64,000 nt of DNA from Verrucomicrobiota bacterium (GCA_039818205.1 JBCBUK010000002.1:288001-352000), one strand, 5' to 3'; positions 37,352-47,035 are shown, counted from the stretch's first letter. The notes: generated from the sequence alone by a model not told the origin. Translations and numbers: made by a program.

Positions 37352-39840
37352 TCGATGACCTGATAAAAAGTCAGCCCTACGGCCTTCTGCCAGAAGAACG
37401 ATCGCGGCTATTGGCCGATGCAATGCACCAAGCCTATCGACATCATTTTGAGAATTGCGCCGCTTATCGCCGTTTCTGTCAGGGTAGGGGGCTAAGCCTT
37501 TCGAGCCGATTCGAGCGGTTGTCCGATTTTCCTTACCTGCCGGTTCAAGCCTTTAAGGACTCGGCGGATCTCTTGCGTTCGGTCCCCGCCGATCAGGTAA
37601 AAACCACCTTGGAGTCCTCCGCGACCAGTGGCCTTCCCAGTAGCGTTGCCATCGATTCCGTAACCGCCAAGCGACAAGTGCGGGCTTTGGCAGGGGTACT
37701 GGGTGCCTCACTTGGGCCGACCCGTCGACCCGTGGTCGTGATTGATGCCGACCCACGAAGTGGGCGGGCTGTTTTGGGAGCGCGCGGTGCTGCGGTTCAG
37801 GGTTTTCTGAATTTAGCGCGCGAGGCCCATTACATTTTAGACGCGGATCAGGGAGCACTGAGCTTGAATCGGGAGAAGCTCCAATCGCTGGTTAACGCGT
37901 GGACGGGCCGTGAGGAACCAGTGCTCTTCTTCGGATTTACGTTTTTGATCTATTCATTGGTGCTCGGACCGTTGTCCGAAGCCGGACTACGGTTTCCGTT
38001 GCCGCCGGGTTCGCGCCTCGCCCATTTGGGCGGTTGGAAGAAACTGGCCGATCAAGCGGTTTCGAAGGAAGTCTTCGCTCAGCGGGCTGCGGATGTGTTT
38101 GGTATCGAGCCCGATCACGTGGTCGACTTCTATGGGTTTACCGAACAGATGGGCGTCACCTATCCCGACGGCCCAGACGGCAATAAGTTCGCGCCATCCT
38201 TTTCGGAAGTCATTGTGCGCGATCCGCAAACCTTGGAACCAGCCACGGATGGTCAGCCGGGCCTCTTACAATTTCTAACGCCGCTGCCGCACAGTTACCC
38301 GGGCATCTCTGTATTGACGGATGACATCGGAGTGATCACGGGGCGTGGTGGATCAGGCGATTGGTGTGGGACGCAATTTCGAGTTCTCGGTCGAGCCAAG
38401 CAGGCTGAGGCACGTGGCTGTGGCGATATCCTGGGCGAGAAGGTTGCGGCGGCGAGAAAGCAAGCGCAGGCTGGGCAGGTTGCTGACCTGCGATTACTCT
38501 TTTCACCGGATGCATCGCCCGCTTGTGATGCCCGCTGGAACGCTCCGCTGGCACTGGAGAGCTTGCCTCAGATTGAGAGCCCTAACCAGTTTTCCGAGCA
38601 ATTGCGTGAAGCCCGTAAGCGATTGGATAACTATTCTGTCGATGAGTTGATAGCTCTGATTTCGAAGGCGGCCGAGCGCTGGGTTGATGCTGAATCTCCG
38701 TTGGCCGAATTGCGTCAACAGGGTCTGCTCTTTTTGTATTCCTGGTGTCGCCCAGATCGTTTGGCCCGACTGGCTGACGAAGGCCTTCGTGGCAAGCGTG
38801 GCTACCTCGATGGTCCTAAGCCAATTGGCGGAAATCGAGTGCGGATGCTTGGTGCACGTCACCGGGGCTTGGCGGTCCACTGGCTTGCTGGGAACGTTCC
38901 AGTTCTGGGTATGCTCACCTTGGTCCAGTCCATCCTTGCCCGAAATGCAAATCTGGTCAAAGCAGCCAGCCGTTTTACCCGCGTGTTGCCCCTGCTCCTA
39001 GAGGCTTTTCGCGATCTGAAGGTCACTTCCCCCGGCGGTAAAGAGCTTCTTGGCAATGACATCATTGCTTCGATCGGAGTTGTCTATTGCGATCGGGCGG
39101 ATCGCCAGTCGGCCGAATCGATCTCTCGGGAAGCCGATATCCGCCTCGCCTGGGGTGGCCGCGAAGCGGTTGAAGCGGTGACCACGCTGCCACGAAAAGT
39201 GAGCGCAGAAGACATCATCTTTGGTCCAAAGTTTTCGTTCATGGTGATTGGTCAATCCGCCTTGACGACCGAACGTTCTTTCCGACGCTTGGCTCGCAGA
39301 GCCGCAACCGATGTGTGTGTGTTCGAGCAAACGGGCTGCGCCTCGCCACATACAATTTTCGTTGAGAATGGGGCGATCACCGCTGAGATCTTCGCGAAGC
39401 GACTTGCCGAAGAACTGGACAAAGCATTGGTCCGTTTTCCAGCCCCGCCCGCCGGTCCCGAAGATGCCTCCCGGATTGAGGCACGAAGAATCCGGGGAGA
39501 GTTGACGGGGCGCGTTTGGAAGTCCAGTGGCGTTGCCTGGACAGTGGTCTTAGACGAGGAGGGTGCCCGTTCGCTCGCACCACCGTGCACGGGACGTGTA
39601 ATAACCGTGCGATCGATTCAGAGCCCCACTGACGTTCTTCCGTTGGTCAACGACGGTATTCAAACCGTGGGACTCGGTCTGAAAGGGGAGACCCGCCTTC
39701 AGTTCGCCCTGGAAGCAGCGCGATTAGGAGCTGAGCGCTTTCCCGATATTGGTCGAATGACCCTCTTCGAATCGCCGTGGGACGGACTATTCCCGTTGGA
39801 ACGTCTGGTTAAGTGGTATTCCTTGGGCGGGCCAGCCTAA
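37348..39840 (+). CDS. LuxE (acyl-protein synthetase)-LuxC (acyl reductase) fusion (RfbN/WbeN-like)
   Basis: N-terminal half 'PYLPVQAFK', 'SSATSG', 'FGFT', 'GGWKK', 'FYGFTEQ', 'SYPGISVLTDD.G', 'GR...AEARGC' (LuxE). C-terminal half 'HWLAGNVP', 'WGG..AV', 'FGPKFS', 'FEQTGCASP' (LuxC). Confidence 0.9.
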   Translation: MIDDLIKSQPYGLLPEERSRLLADAMHQAYRHHFENCAAYRRFCQGRGLSLSSRFERLSDFPYLPVQAFKDSADLLRSVPADQVKTTLESSATSGLPSSVAIDSVTAKRQVRALAGVLGASLGPTRRPVVVIDADPRSGRAVLGARGAAVQGFLNLAREAHYILDADQGALSLNREKLQSLVNAWTGREEPVLFFGFTFLIYSLVLGPLSEAGLRFPLPPGSRLAHLGGWKKLADQAVSKEVFAQRAADVFGIEPDHVVDFYGFTEQMGVTYPDGPDGNKFAPSFSEVIVRDPQTLEPATDGQPGLLQFLTPLPHSYPGISVLTDDIGVITGRGGSGDWCGTQFRVLGRAKQAEARGCGDILGEKVAAARKQAQAGQVADLRLLFSPDASPACDARWNAPLALESLPQIESPNQFSEQLREARKRLDNYSVDELIALISKAAERWVDAESPLAELRQQGLLFLYSWCRPDRLARLADEGLRGKRGYLDGPKPIGGNRVRMLGARHRGLAVHWLAGNVPVLGMLTLVQSILARNANLVKAASRFTRVLPLLLEAFRDLKVTSPGGKELLGNDIIASIGVVYCDRADRQSAESISREADIRLAWGGREAVEAVTTLPRKVSAEDIIFGPKFSFMVIGQSALTTERSFRRLARRAATDVCVFEQTGCASPHTIFVENGAITAEIFAKRLAEELDKALVRFPAPPAGPEDASRIEARRIRGELTGRVWKSSGVAWTVVLDEEGARSLAPPCTGRVITVRSIQSPTDVLPLVNDGIQTVGLGLKGETRLQFALEAARLGAERFPDIGRMTLFESPWDGLFPLERLVKWYSLGGPA

Positions 39841-40544
39841 GTGTTTGCCTCGGATTCCAGGCTAGCAGGGACCAACGCAACCTCGGCTAAATCGCTGAGG
39901 ATCTCCTGCATCAACGGTGAATTCCAGATCTCCTTGATCGGACGGTTGCTGTTAATGCGAATGAAAAATTGCTCCCGCTGCTGATGAAGCCCGTAACGAA
40001 ACAAGGTCTTGAACGGCGCAAACCGGTCCCATTGGCCGGCTTTCGTTCGGTTGACGTGAATATGATCCCCCAGCACATGCCAATAGGCGACGTGTTGCGT
40101 ATGGTTTTGCTTTTCCAAGGTCCGCATCTCGGCGGGATAAAGCTCTTGGCCACCGATCTCGCAGCGAACATCATATTCCTTGTCCATCATCGTCCAACCA
40201 GCGCGCACCCAACAAACATCGGGTGTGTGGGACTGAACCAGCCGAACCGGCATTTTCTTGGGCTCCCAATAACCGACGTAGAGTGTGATCGTAGTATCGC
40301 CGCGAGTATAGTTCCGGTTCAATGCCTGCGAAAAATTCAAGATGCCTTCAACAGTCTCTTCCAAGCCCTCTGATTCGGCCAGTGGGCGATCTTCAATTTC
40401 CCAACCGTCAAATTCCGAGACAATCTTTTCGGTGAGTACGCCCTCCATGGTTTTGGGCGGCGAATAAATGAATGCGGTGTAGCCCAGCGCGATGCAACTG
40501 AAGACCGCAATGATTGCTCCGATGATAAAGAATGCCTTGCGCAT
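39837..40544 (-). CDS. epsI: Exosortase-associated EpsI-family protein
   Basis: N-terminal TM, 'R.Y..G...ITLYVGYW', 'HTPDVCWVRAGW' and 'VAYWH' motifs. Confidence 0.85.
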   Translation of the reverse strand: MRKAFFIIGAIIAVFSCIALGYTAFIYSPPKTMEGVLTEKIVSEFDGWEIEDRPLAESEGLEETVEGILNFSQALNRNYTRGDTTITLYVGYWEPKKMPVRLVQSHTPDVCWVRAGWTMMDKEYDVRCEIGGQELYPAEMRTLEKQNHTQHVAYWHVLGDHIHVNRTKAGQWDRFAPFKTLFRYGLHQQREQFFIRINSNRPIKEIWNSPLMQEILSDLAEVALVPASLESEANT

Positions 40545-40588
40545 GATTGCCCCTATGATTTGAAAAGGTTTCCGAAAAAGTCAAATGC

Positions 40589-40608
40589 GGGAAATCGACG
40601 AATTTCCC
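40589..40608. promoter_or_regulatory. Inverted repeat GGGAAAT-N6-ATTTCCC between the divergent epsI and aminotransferase genes
   Basis: Perfect 7-bp arms, next to a minus-strand TTGACT-N18-AATCAT promoter-like motif (40584-40555). Confidence 0.35.
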
Positions 40609-40654
40609 TTAACAATCTAGAGTCATTACTCGTTAAAGTGTTCCCGATTTAATC

Positions 40655-41788
40655 ATGCCGCCTTCCCGTGTCTTCTTGTCTCCCCCGGATGTTTCTGATG
40701 TTGAACGAAATGCGCTGCTGGCTGCGTTCGATTCAGGCTGGATCGCACCCGTTGGTCCCGAATTAGCAGCGTTTGAGACGGATATTTCAAAAGCAATTGG
40801 AGTGCAGCATGTTGTGGCACTTTCTTCGGGGACGGCGGCATTGCACTTGGCGTTAAAAGAGCTCGGGATCGGCATGGGCGACCGTGTTTATTGTTCCACC
40901 CTAACCTTCGTTGCGTCGGCCAATGCGATCAGATACTGCGGCGCCGAGCCGGTCTTCATCGATAGCGATGCGAAGAGTTGGTGCATGGATCCGAACTTGC
41001 TCGCGGATCAATTGGCAAGAGATGCTGAACGAGGACAGCTGCCTAAAGCCGTCGAAGTGGTTGATATCTACGGCCAATGTGCGGATTACCAAACAATTTC
41101 GAATCTCTGTCAGCGCTACGAGATTCCCCTGATAGAGGACGCCTCGGAGGCCCTTGGAGCCACCCACGAGATGGGTGCAGCAGGCTCCTTTGGGGAGGCG
41201 GCCGTCTTGTCGTTTAATGGAAACAAAATGATTACGACTTCGGGCGGTGGCGCTTTCCTGACCAATAATGCGGATTTAGCCGAACGCGTGCGCTTTTTGT
41301 CGACTCAGGCACGGGAACCCGTCCGGGAATACTTACACCGCGAAGTCGGCTATAATTACCGTTTAAGTAACGTTCTTGCGGCATTGGGCCGAGCTCAGCT
41401 CGGCCGGTTGGAAGGTTTCATCGCTCGGCGGCGGGAGATCTTTGAGCGATATCAAGCCGAGCTCTCGATCCTACCTGGGGTTGGCTTTATGCCCGAAGCT
41501 GAATGGGGAAGGTCAAACCGCTGGCTGACCTGCGTTACGCTGGAAAAAGACGCTCCTTGCGGACGAGACCAGATCATCGATGCCTTGGAGGCCGAAAACA
41601 TTGAAGCGCGCCCGGTTTGGCGACCAATGCATCAACAACCGGCCTTCAGCGGGTCTCAAGCGGTTCTCAATGGCGTCTCGGACGGACTCTTTGCCCAGGG
41701 ACTTTGCTTGCCCAGCGGAAGTAGCCTCAACGATGACGACCAGTCCCGCGTCATTGACGTTGTTCAATCATGTTTTATGCCCGCCTGA
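40655..41788 (+). CDS. pglE: DegT/DnrJ/EryC1/StrS aminotransferase (PglE-like)
   Basis: 'FLSPP', 'WIAPVGP', 'SSGTAALHLAL', 'SFNGNKMITTSGGG' (PLP Lys) and 'GLCLPSGS'; PglE/EpsN subgroup pattern. Confidence 0.88.
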   Translation: MPPSRVFLSPPDVSDVERNALLAAFDSGWIAPVGPELAAFETDISKAIGVQHVVALSSGTAALHLALKELGIGMGDRVYCSTLTFVASANAIRYCGAEPVFIDSDAKSWCMDPNLLADQLARDAERGQLPKAVEVVDIYGQCADYQTISNLCQRYEIPLIEDASEALGATHEMGAAGSFGEAAVLSFNGNKMITTSGGGAFLTNNADLAERVRFLSTQAREPVREYLHREVGYNYRLSNVLAALGRAQLGRLEGFIARRREIFERYQAELSILPGVGFMPEAEWGRSNRWLTCVTLEKDAPCGRDQIIDALEAENIEARPVWRPMHQQPAFSGSQAVLNGVSDGLFAQGLCLPSGSSLNDDDQSRVIDVVQSCFMPA

Positions 41789-41869
41789 TTGTTGGTATTG
41801 ACCGTTGAGGTTATATACATCGTATTATATCCCTCACAATAAATCTACTCGCTTCCCACATCTCCCCTG

Positions 41870-43777
41870 ATGCATAGAGGTATCCGGCGCACCCGACTCA
41901 TTTTATGGGCCATGATTTTCATGGCTTGCTTTGTTTCGCTGTACCTTTCCTATCAGATCCGATTTGAGTTCGAGGTTCCGTTCGAACCAAAGAATTGGCA
42001 GTTGATCATGTGGGAGACCATGCAGTGGATCATCCCCATTGAGCTGGTTGTCTTCTACGCGTTTGGCTTGTTCGAACCCTTAGTCGCGCGGTATCGCTGG
42101 CGAGACCTGCTTAGAGTGGGGTCTGGCATTTCGCTTATTAGCGGGTTTTTGCTCTACCTCTGGTATATCTTTGAAGGGGAAAAAACTCCGCCGCGCTCGG
42201 TGATCATTATCAATGGTCTCTTTCTCGTGGTTCTGATGAGCGCGATCAGCTCACTTTCGTCGCAACTACGCTTCATCCTGACTGGCAACTTGAAAGCGCT
42301 CCCGACTCGACCGTCGCGAGTTGTGGCCGTTGGCACCGGTTTCCTTTGTTACCAGCTGATCCAGCAGACACGGGCACGCAGCGGTTTGGCCCTGCGGGTT
42401 GTTGGGCTCGCGGTGACCGAAAGTAAACTGCAGGCGGGCGACCATTGGCTCGGGGTACCTGTTGGTGGACACGTTAGTCGGATCGAGAAAATCTTTCGCC
42501 GCTTCGATCCCGATCGAGTGATCGTTACCGATCCGATGCTATCTAAGGAAGAACTGCGCGAGTTGGTGCACTCCTGCCGCAACCTACATGTTCCCGTTTA
42601 CATTGTCCCGACGGCGCAGGAGATGTTCTACGGTGTTCTGCGTTTGGACACAATCCGCCCGGTTGGCTTGGATGATATTCTTGGTCGCCACTTACTCGAG
42701 ACGGATCTGCCTCGGATTGGTCGTCTGTTAAGCGGCCGACGGGTGATGGTCACCGGCGCGGGTGGTAGTATCGGTAGTGAGCTCTGCCGCCAGATTTTAG
42801 CCTACGCGCCGAGCCAACTGTCTATTCTTGATTTCTCCGAAGCCTCACTTTTCCAGATTGAGCAGAACCTGCGCACCATGCCGATGGGCGACCGGGTTAA
42901 TCCGGTGCTTGCCGATGTTCGAGACAAGGAAACGATGGCGGGAATCCTCACGAGCGAACAACCAGAAATCATCTTTCACTCAGCTGCGCTCAAGCATGTA
43001 CCAATGGTTGAAGCATTCCCGGCGGAAGCGCTCCGGACGAATTCGCTGGCGACCAACCAATTGGCGGATCTCGCCGCACAATCGGGCGTCGAGCGCATGA
43101 TCTTTGTTTCGACCGATAAGGCGATCAACCCGACGAGTTTGATGGGTGCATCCAAGCGCTTGGCTGAACTCTTTATTCAGGCGCACTCGCGGAATGGGCC
43201 GGACACCGCATTTCTGGCGGTTCGATTCGGCAACGTCATCGGATCTTCCGGTAGCGTTGTGCCGACCTTCGAGCGCCAGATCGCTGCCGGCGGCCCGGTG
43301 ACGGTGACTCACGAGGATGTGCAACGCTATTTCATGTCGATCCCCGAGGCAGTGGGATTGGTCCTGCAGAGTGCGACTCAGGGCAGTGGTGGTGAGATCT
43401 TCATGCTCGATATGGGGCAGCCGCTCAAGGTGCTCGATATTGCCCGGGAGATGATTCAGCTGCGTGGCCTGGAGCCCAAACGCGATATCGAGATCCGCAT
43501 CGTTGGCCTACGACCTGGCGAAAAATTATTCGAGGAGTTGCGCTACGATGAGGAGATTCACGATACCACCTCGCACCCTCGCGTTTATCGCCTAACGGCC
43601 GAGGCGCTTTCGCGTGACGAGGCCAAGCAACTGCTCGCCCGCGTTGAGGAAGCCTCTCACTTGTCAAACCCCGATGAGATCCAACAGGTCATCAAGGAGC
43701 TGATTCCAGAGTTTATTGATAAGGACGAAGCGATCCGGGTTAACCAGAGTTCGCCGAGTCCAGTGGGCCGCATTTGA
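41870..43777 (+). CDS. pglF: Membrane-bound UDP-GlcNAc 4,6-dehydratase (PglF/CapD/WbpM family)
   Basis: 4 N-terminal TM segments, then 'VTGAGGSIGSELCRQ', 'AALKHVP', 'STDKA.NP...MGASK', 'RFGNV.GS.GSV' and 'GLRPGEKL.EEL'. Confidence 0.92.
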   Translation: MHRGIRRTRLILWAMIFMACFVSLYLSYQIRFEFEVPFEPKNWQLIMWETMQWIIPIELVVFYAFGLFEPLVARYRWRDLLRVGSGISLISGFLLYLWYIFEGEKTPPRSVIIINGLFLVVLMSAISSLSSQLRFILTGNLKALPTRPSRVVAVGTGFLCYQLIQQTRARSGLALRVVGLAVTESKLQAGDHWLGVPVGGHVSRIEKIFRRFDPDRVIVTDPMLSKEELRELVHSCRNLHVPVYIVPTAQEMFYGVLRLDTIRPVGLDDILGRHLLETDLPRIGRLLSGRRVMVTGAGGSIGSELCRQILAYAPSQLSILDFSEASLFQIEQNLRTMPMGDRVNPVLADVRDKETMAGILTSEQPEIIFHSAALKHVPMVEAFPAEALRTNSLATNQLADLAAQSGVERMIFVSTDKAINPTSLMGASKRLAELFIQAHSRNGPDTAFLAVRFGNVIGSSGSVVPTFERQIAAGGPVTVTHEDVQRYFMSIPEAVGLVLQSATQGSGGEIFMLDMGQPLKVLDIAREMIQLRGLEPKRDIEIRIVGLRPGEKLFEELRYDEEIHDTTSHPRVYRLTAEALSRDEAKQLLARVEEASHLSNPDEIQQVIKELIPEFIDKDEAIRVNQSSPSPVGRI

Positions 43778-43859
43778 TGGGCTTTCTGGTAAAAGTCTCC
43801 CCTCCGGCAATATTTCGGGGTTGCCATCAGGGACCGCCTCGGGCATCCATCCGCAGTGT

Positions 43860-44849
43860 ATGAAAGTTCTTGTAGTAGGAGGAGCAGGATACATCGGAAG
43901 CCATTGCGTGCGTCAATTGATTGCCGCAGGTCATCAGCCAGTCGTGCTGGATAACTTGGTCTACGGCCATAAGGGGGCATTGGATCCCAATGTCCCGTTC
44001 TACGATGGGAACCTTGGCGATAAGACCTTCGTCAAAGACGTGCTGACGAAGGAGTCCATCGAGCTGGTAATGCACTTTGCTGCCTACTGCTTTGTCGGCG
44101 AGTCGGTTACTGAGCCGATCAAGTATTACGACAACAATTTGGTCGCAACCCTGCGCCTCCTCGAGGCGATGCTAGAGTGCGACGTCAAGAAGTTCGTTTT
44201 CTCCTCCACCTGCGCAACCTACGGGGTGCCCGAGCGTTTGCCGATGACTGAGGATCTATCTCAGTTGCCGATCAATCCATATGGTCAGACCAAGCTCGAC
44301 GTGGAGAACCTGTTGAAAGCGCTCTCTCACGCGCATGGTCTGTCCTTTTCCGCTTTCCGCTACTTCAACGCCGCCGGCGCCGCCAAGGACGCTTCGATTG
44401 GTGAAGACCACAACCCCGAAACTCACTTGATCCCTCTGGTAATCGATGCCGTTTTAGGAAAGCGGGACAATATCAAGATTTTTGGCACCGATTACGATAC
44501 ACCCGATGGCACCTGCTTGCGCGACTACGTTCACGTGGACGACCTGTCTCGCGCACACATTGCGGTCTTTGACAAACTGTCAGAACCGGGCAAAGGCTAC
44601 TTCTACAACCTCGGTACAGGAACACCAAATTCGGTCCGCGAGGTGATTAACGCGGTCGAGCGTGTATCCGGTAAAACCGTCCCGGTGATTGAAGACGAAC
44701 GCCGCCCGGGCGATCCACCCGCGCTCTATGCCGATTCGTCCTTGGCCAAGCGTGAGCTAAACTGGGAGATCGAATTTGATACGATTGACAAGATCGTCGA
44801 AACGGCCTGGCGCTGGCACGTAGCCAACCCGAATGGTTACGACGATTAA
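43860..44849 (+). CDS. galE: UDP-glucose 4-epimerase
   Basis: 'GGAGYIGSH', 'VGESV..P..YY.NN', 'YGQTK', 'RYFNAAGA' and 'TPDGTCLRDYVHV' motifs. Confidence 0.95.
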   Translation: MKVLVVGGAGYIGSHCVRQLIAAGHQPVVLDNLVYGHKGALDPNVPFYDGNLGDKTFVKDVLTKESIELVMHFAAYCFVGESVTEPIKYYDNNLVATLRLLEAMLECDVKKFVFSSTCATYGVPERLPMTEDLSQLPINPYGQTKLDVENLLKALSHAHGLSFSAFRYFNAAGAAKDASIGEDHNPETHLIPLVIDAVLGKRDNIKIFGTDYDTPDGTCLRDYVHVDDLSRAHIAVFDKLSEPGKGYFYNLGTGTPNSVREVINAVERVSGKTVPVIEDERRPGDPPALYADSSLAKRELNWEIEFDTIDKIVETAWRWHVANPNGYDD

Positions 44850-44883
44850 TTCCATTTTCTTTCCTACCTAAAAAATCCCACCT

Positions 44884-45822
44884 ATGCGTATTCTGGTTAC
44901 TGGAGGCGCTGGCTTCCTTGGAAGTCACCTTTGTGAGCGATTGGTCAATGACGGCCATGAGGTGATCTGCCTCGACAATTGCTTTACCGGACACAAGCGA
45001 AACGTCTTTCACCTGCTCTCGAACGAAAAGTTTGAGTTCATGCGGCACGACGTGGTCGACCCGTTCAAAGCGGAGGTCGATCAGATTTACAATCTCGCCT
45101 GCCCGGCATCGCCTGTCCACTACCAGCACAATTCGATCAAGACCATCAAGACCTCGGTCATGGGTGCGATTAATTGCCTCGGATTGGCCAAGCGGGTAGG
45201 GGCTCGAGTGTTGCAGGCGTCTACCTCGGAAATCTATGGCGACCCGTCTGTTCATCCTCAGCCGGAGACCTATTGGGGCAATGTGAACCCGATCGGCATC
45301 CGCTCGTGCTATGACGAAGGCAAGCGCTGCGCGGAAACTTTATTTTTCGATTACCACCGGCAGAATGGGGTCGATATCCGGGTTATGCGGATCTTCAACA
45401 CCTACGGTCCGCGCATGGATCCGCGGGATGGACGGGTAGTCTCTAATTTTATCTGTCAGGCCTTACGGGGCGAAGACATCACCCTTTACGGTGACGGTTC
45501 ACAGACGCGCTCATTCTGCTACGTTGACGACCTGATCGAAGGCATGATGCGTCTCATGAACCAGGAAGAGACGACTGGCCCTATCAACATTGGTAATCCC
45601 GGTGAGTTCACGATTCGTCAACTTGCCGAGAAGGTCATCGAACTTACCGGTAGTCAGTCTGAAATCGTGATGAAGCCATTGCCGATGGACGATCCGAAAC
45701 AGCGCCGTCCCGATATCACACTCGCCAAAAAATACCTCGAATGGGAGCCCGCGATTGCTCTGGAAGAGGGACTCAAGAAGACCATTCCTTATTTCGCCGA
45801 AATCATCGAACGCGAAGGCTAA
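44884..45822 (+). CDS. uxs: UDP-glucuronic acid decarboxylase (UDP-xylose synthase)
   Basis: '[14 protein letters not shown]', 'STSEIYGDP', 'RSCYDEGKR' and '[12 protein letters not shown]' motifs. Confidence 0.93.
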   Translation: MRILVTGGAGFLGSHLCERLVNDGHEVICLDNCFTGHKRNVFHLLSNEKFEFMRHDVVDPFKAEVDQIYNLACPASPVHYQHNSIKTIKTSVMGAINCLGLAKRVGARVLQASTSEIYGDPSVHPQPETYWGNVNPIGIRSCYDEGKRCAETLFFDYHRQNGVDIRVMRIFNTYGPRMDPRDGRVVSNFICQALRGEDITLYGDGSQTRSFCYVDDLIEGMMRLMNQEETTGPINIGNPGEFTIRQLAEKVIELTGSQSEIVMKPLPMDDPKQRRPDITLAKKYLEWEPAIALEEGLKKTIPYFAEIIEREG

Positions 45823-45847
45823 GCGCGAATCGACATTCACACTAGCG

Positions 45848-45878
45848 AAAGCTCCACTTCGGGTGGGGCTTTTCTTTT
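45848..45878 (+). terminator. Rho-independent terminator after uxs
   Basis: Stem AAAGCTCCAC / GTGGGGCTTT with loop TTCGG, followed by TCTTTT. Confidence 0.8.
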
Positions 45879-45984
45879 GCCTTCACGAGCAGGATTACGT
45901 TGAAAAATGATTGCCGGACGCGTCATAGCTGTTCGTATAGAAAGTCTACAAATTAGTATTAATCCCCCAACGGAACGAAACACC

Positions 45985-47034
45985 ATGAACTCCCACCACT
46001 CTGGTCGAAAAACACTGATTTTCGCGGTCTCACTAGGCTCCTTAATTGGCGCAGCTCACGCGCATGACTTGCATCCCGAGGTCATGACCGAACCCGCAAC
46101 CGAACCCTACCTGACGGGCAGTGGTCCACACCGCTTTGAAACGGCACCGAATTGGGGCGAGATTCCTGAATCGGACAAAATCGCCTTTCACGGCGGCGTT
46201 GCGGTTGCATCCGATGGCCGAGTCTTCGTGGGCTCGGAAAGCCAACAAGCAGGTATCTTGGTTTTTGATTTAGACGGCGAGCAGATTGGCCAATGGGGTC
46301 CGGGCACACAGAATGCCCATGGCCTGAGCTTGATCAAGGACACCGATGGAAAAGAGCACCTTTACGCGGCCCACACACATGCCAAAAAGGTCGTCAAATA
46401 TGACCTCGACGGCAAGGCGTTGCAGACTATCAATCACGATCCAGACAACGGCGTAAACCTGAAGGGAGTGACTGCGGTGACCGCGTTGCCATCAGGCGAA
46501 GTATTTGCGTCGACCGGATATGGTGCGAATGAAGTTTTCAAGTTTGATGCTGACGGAAAATTCGTGAAGAAGGCCGGCCGCAAGGGGAACGCGATCCAAG
46601 ACTTTAAGAATCCGCACGGCATGGCTTTGGACACCCGTTATAAGGAACCACGATTGCTTATCGCCGACCGCGAGAAAGGACGCCTGGTTCACTGGACAAC
46701 CGATCTTGAGTTTGTTGGCGTTCATGCGACCGGTTTGCGCCGCCCCTGCACGGTTGCCATCCGTGGTGATCAGTCTGCAGTTGCCGAGTTGCAAGGTCGT
46801 GTTACCTTGCTCAACAAACAGGGCGACGCGATTGCCCTACTCGGCGACAATCCGAACCGAGAACTTTGGGCCAAGTTTAAGGTGCCACGCAGCCAAATGT
46901 ACCACGGCGTCTTCACCGCGCCACACGGATTGGCCTTCGACAACGACGGCAATATCATCGTTCAAGATTGGAATGTGCTTGGACGTTTGACCAAGTTGGA
47001 TCCCGTTCCAAACCCTAAGCCGACGAAGAAGTAG
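45985..47034 (+). CDS. Secreted NHL-repeat beta-propeller protein (PAL-like family)
   Basis: Signal peptide ending AHA; repeats 'HGGVAV..DG.VFV', 'AHGL', 'FKNPHGMALD', 'IADRE' and 'FTAPHGLAFD..GNI.V.DW'. Confidence 0.8.
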   Translation: MNSHHSGRKTLIFAVSLGSLIGAAHAHDLHPEVMTEPATEPYLTGSGPHRFETAPNWGEIPESDKIAFHGGVAVASDGRVFVGSESQQAGILVFDLDGEQIGQWGPGTQNAHGLSLIKDTDGKEHLYAAHTHAKKVVKYDLDGKALQTINHDPDNGVNLKGVTAVTALPSGEVFASTGYGANEVFKFDADGKFVKKAGRKGNAIQDFKNPHGMALDTRYKEPRLLIADREKGRLVHWTTDLEFVGVHATGLRRPCTVAIRGDQSAVAELQGRVTLLNKQGDAIALLGDNPNRELWAKFKVPRSQMYHGVFTAPHGLAFDNDGNIIVQDWNVLGRLTKLDPVPNPKPTKK

Positions 47035-47035
47035 G

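Noticed and set aside
37348..39840. Bioluminescence (lux) operon
   Set aside because: No luxA, luxB, luxD or luxG; the context is glycan acylation.
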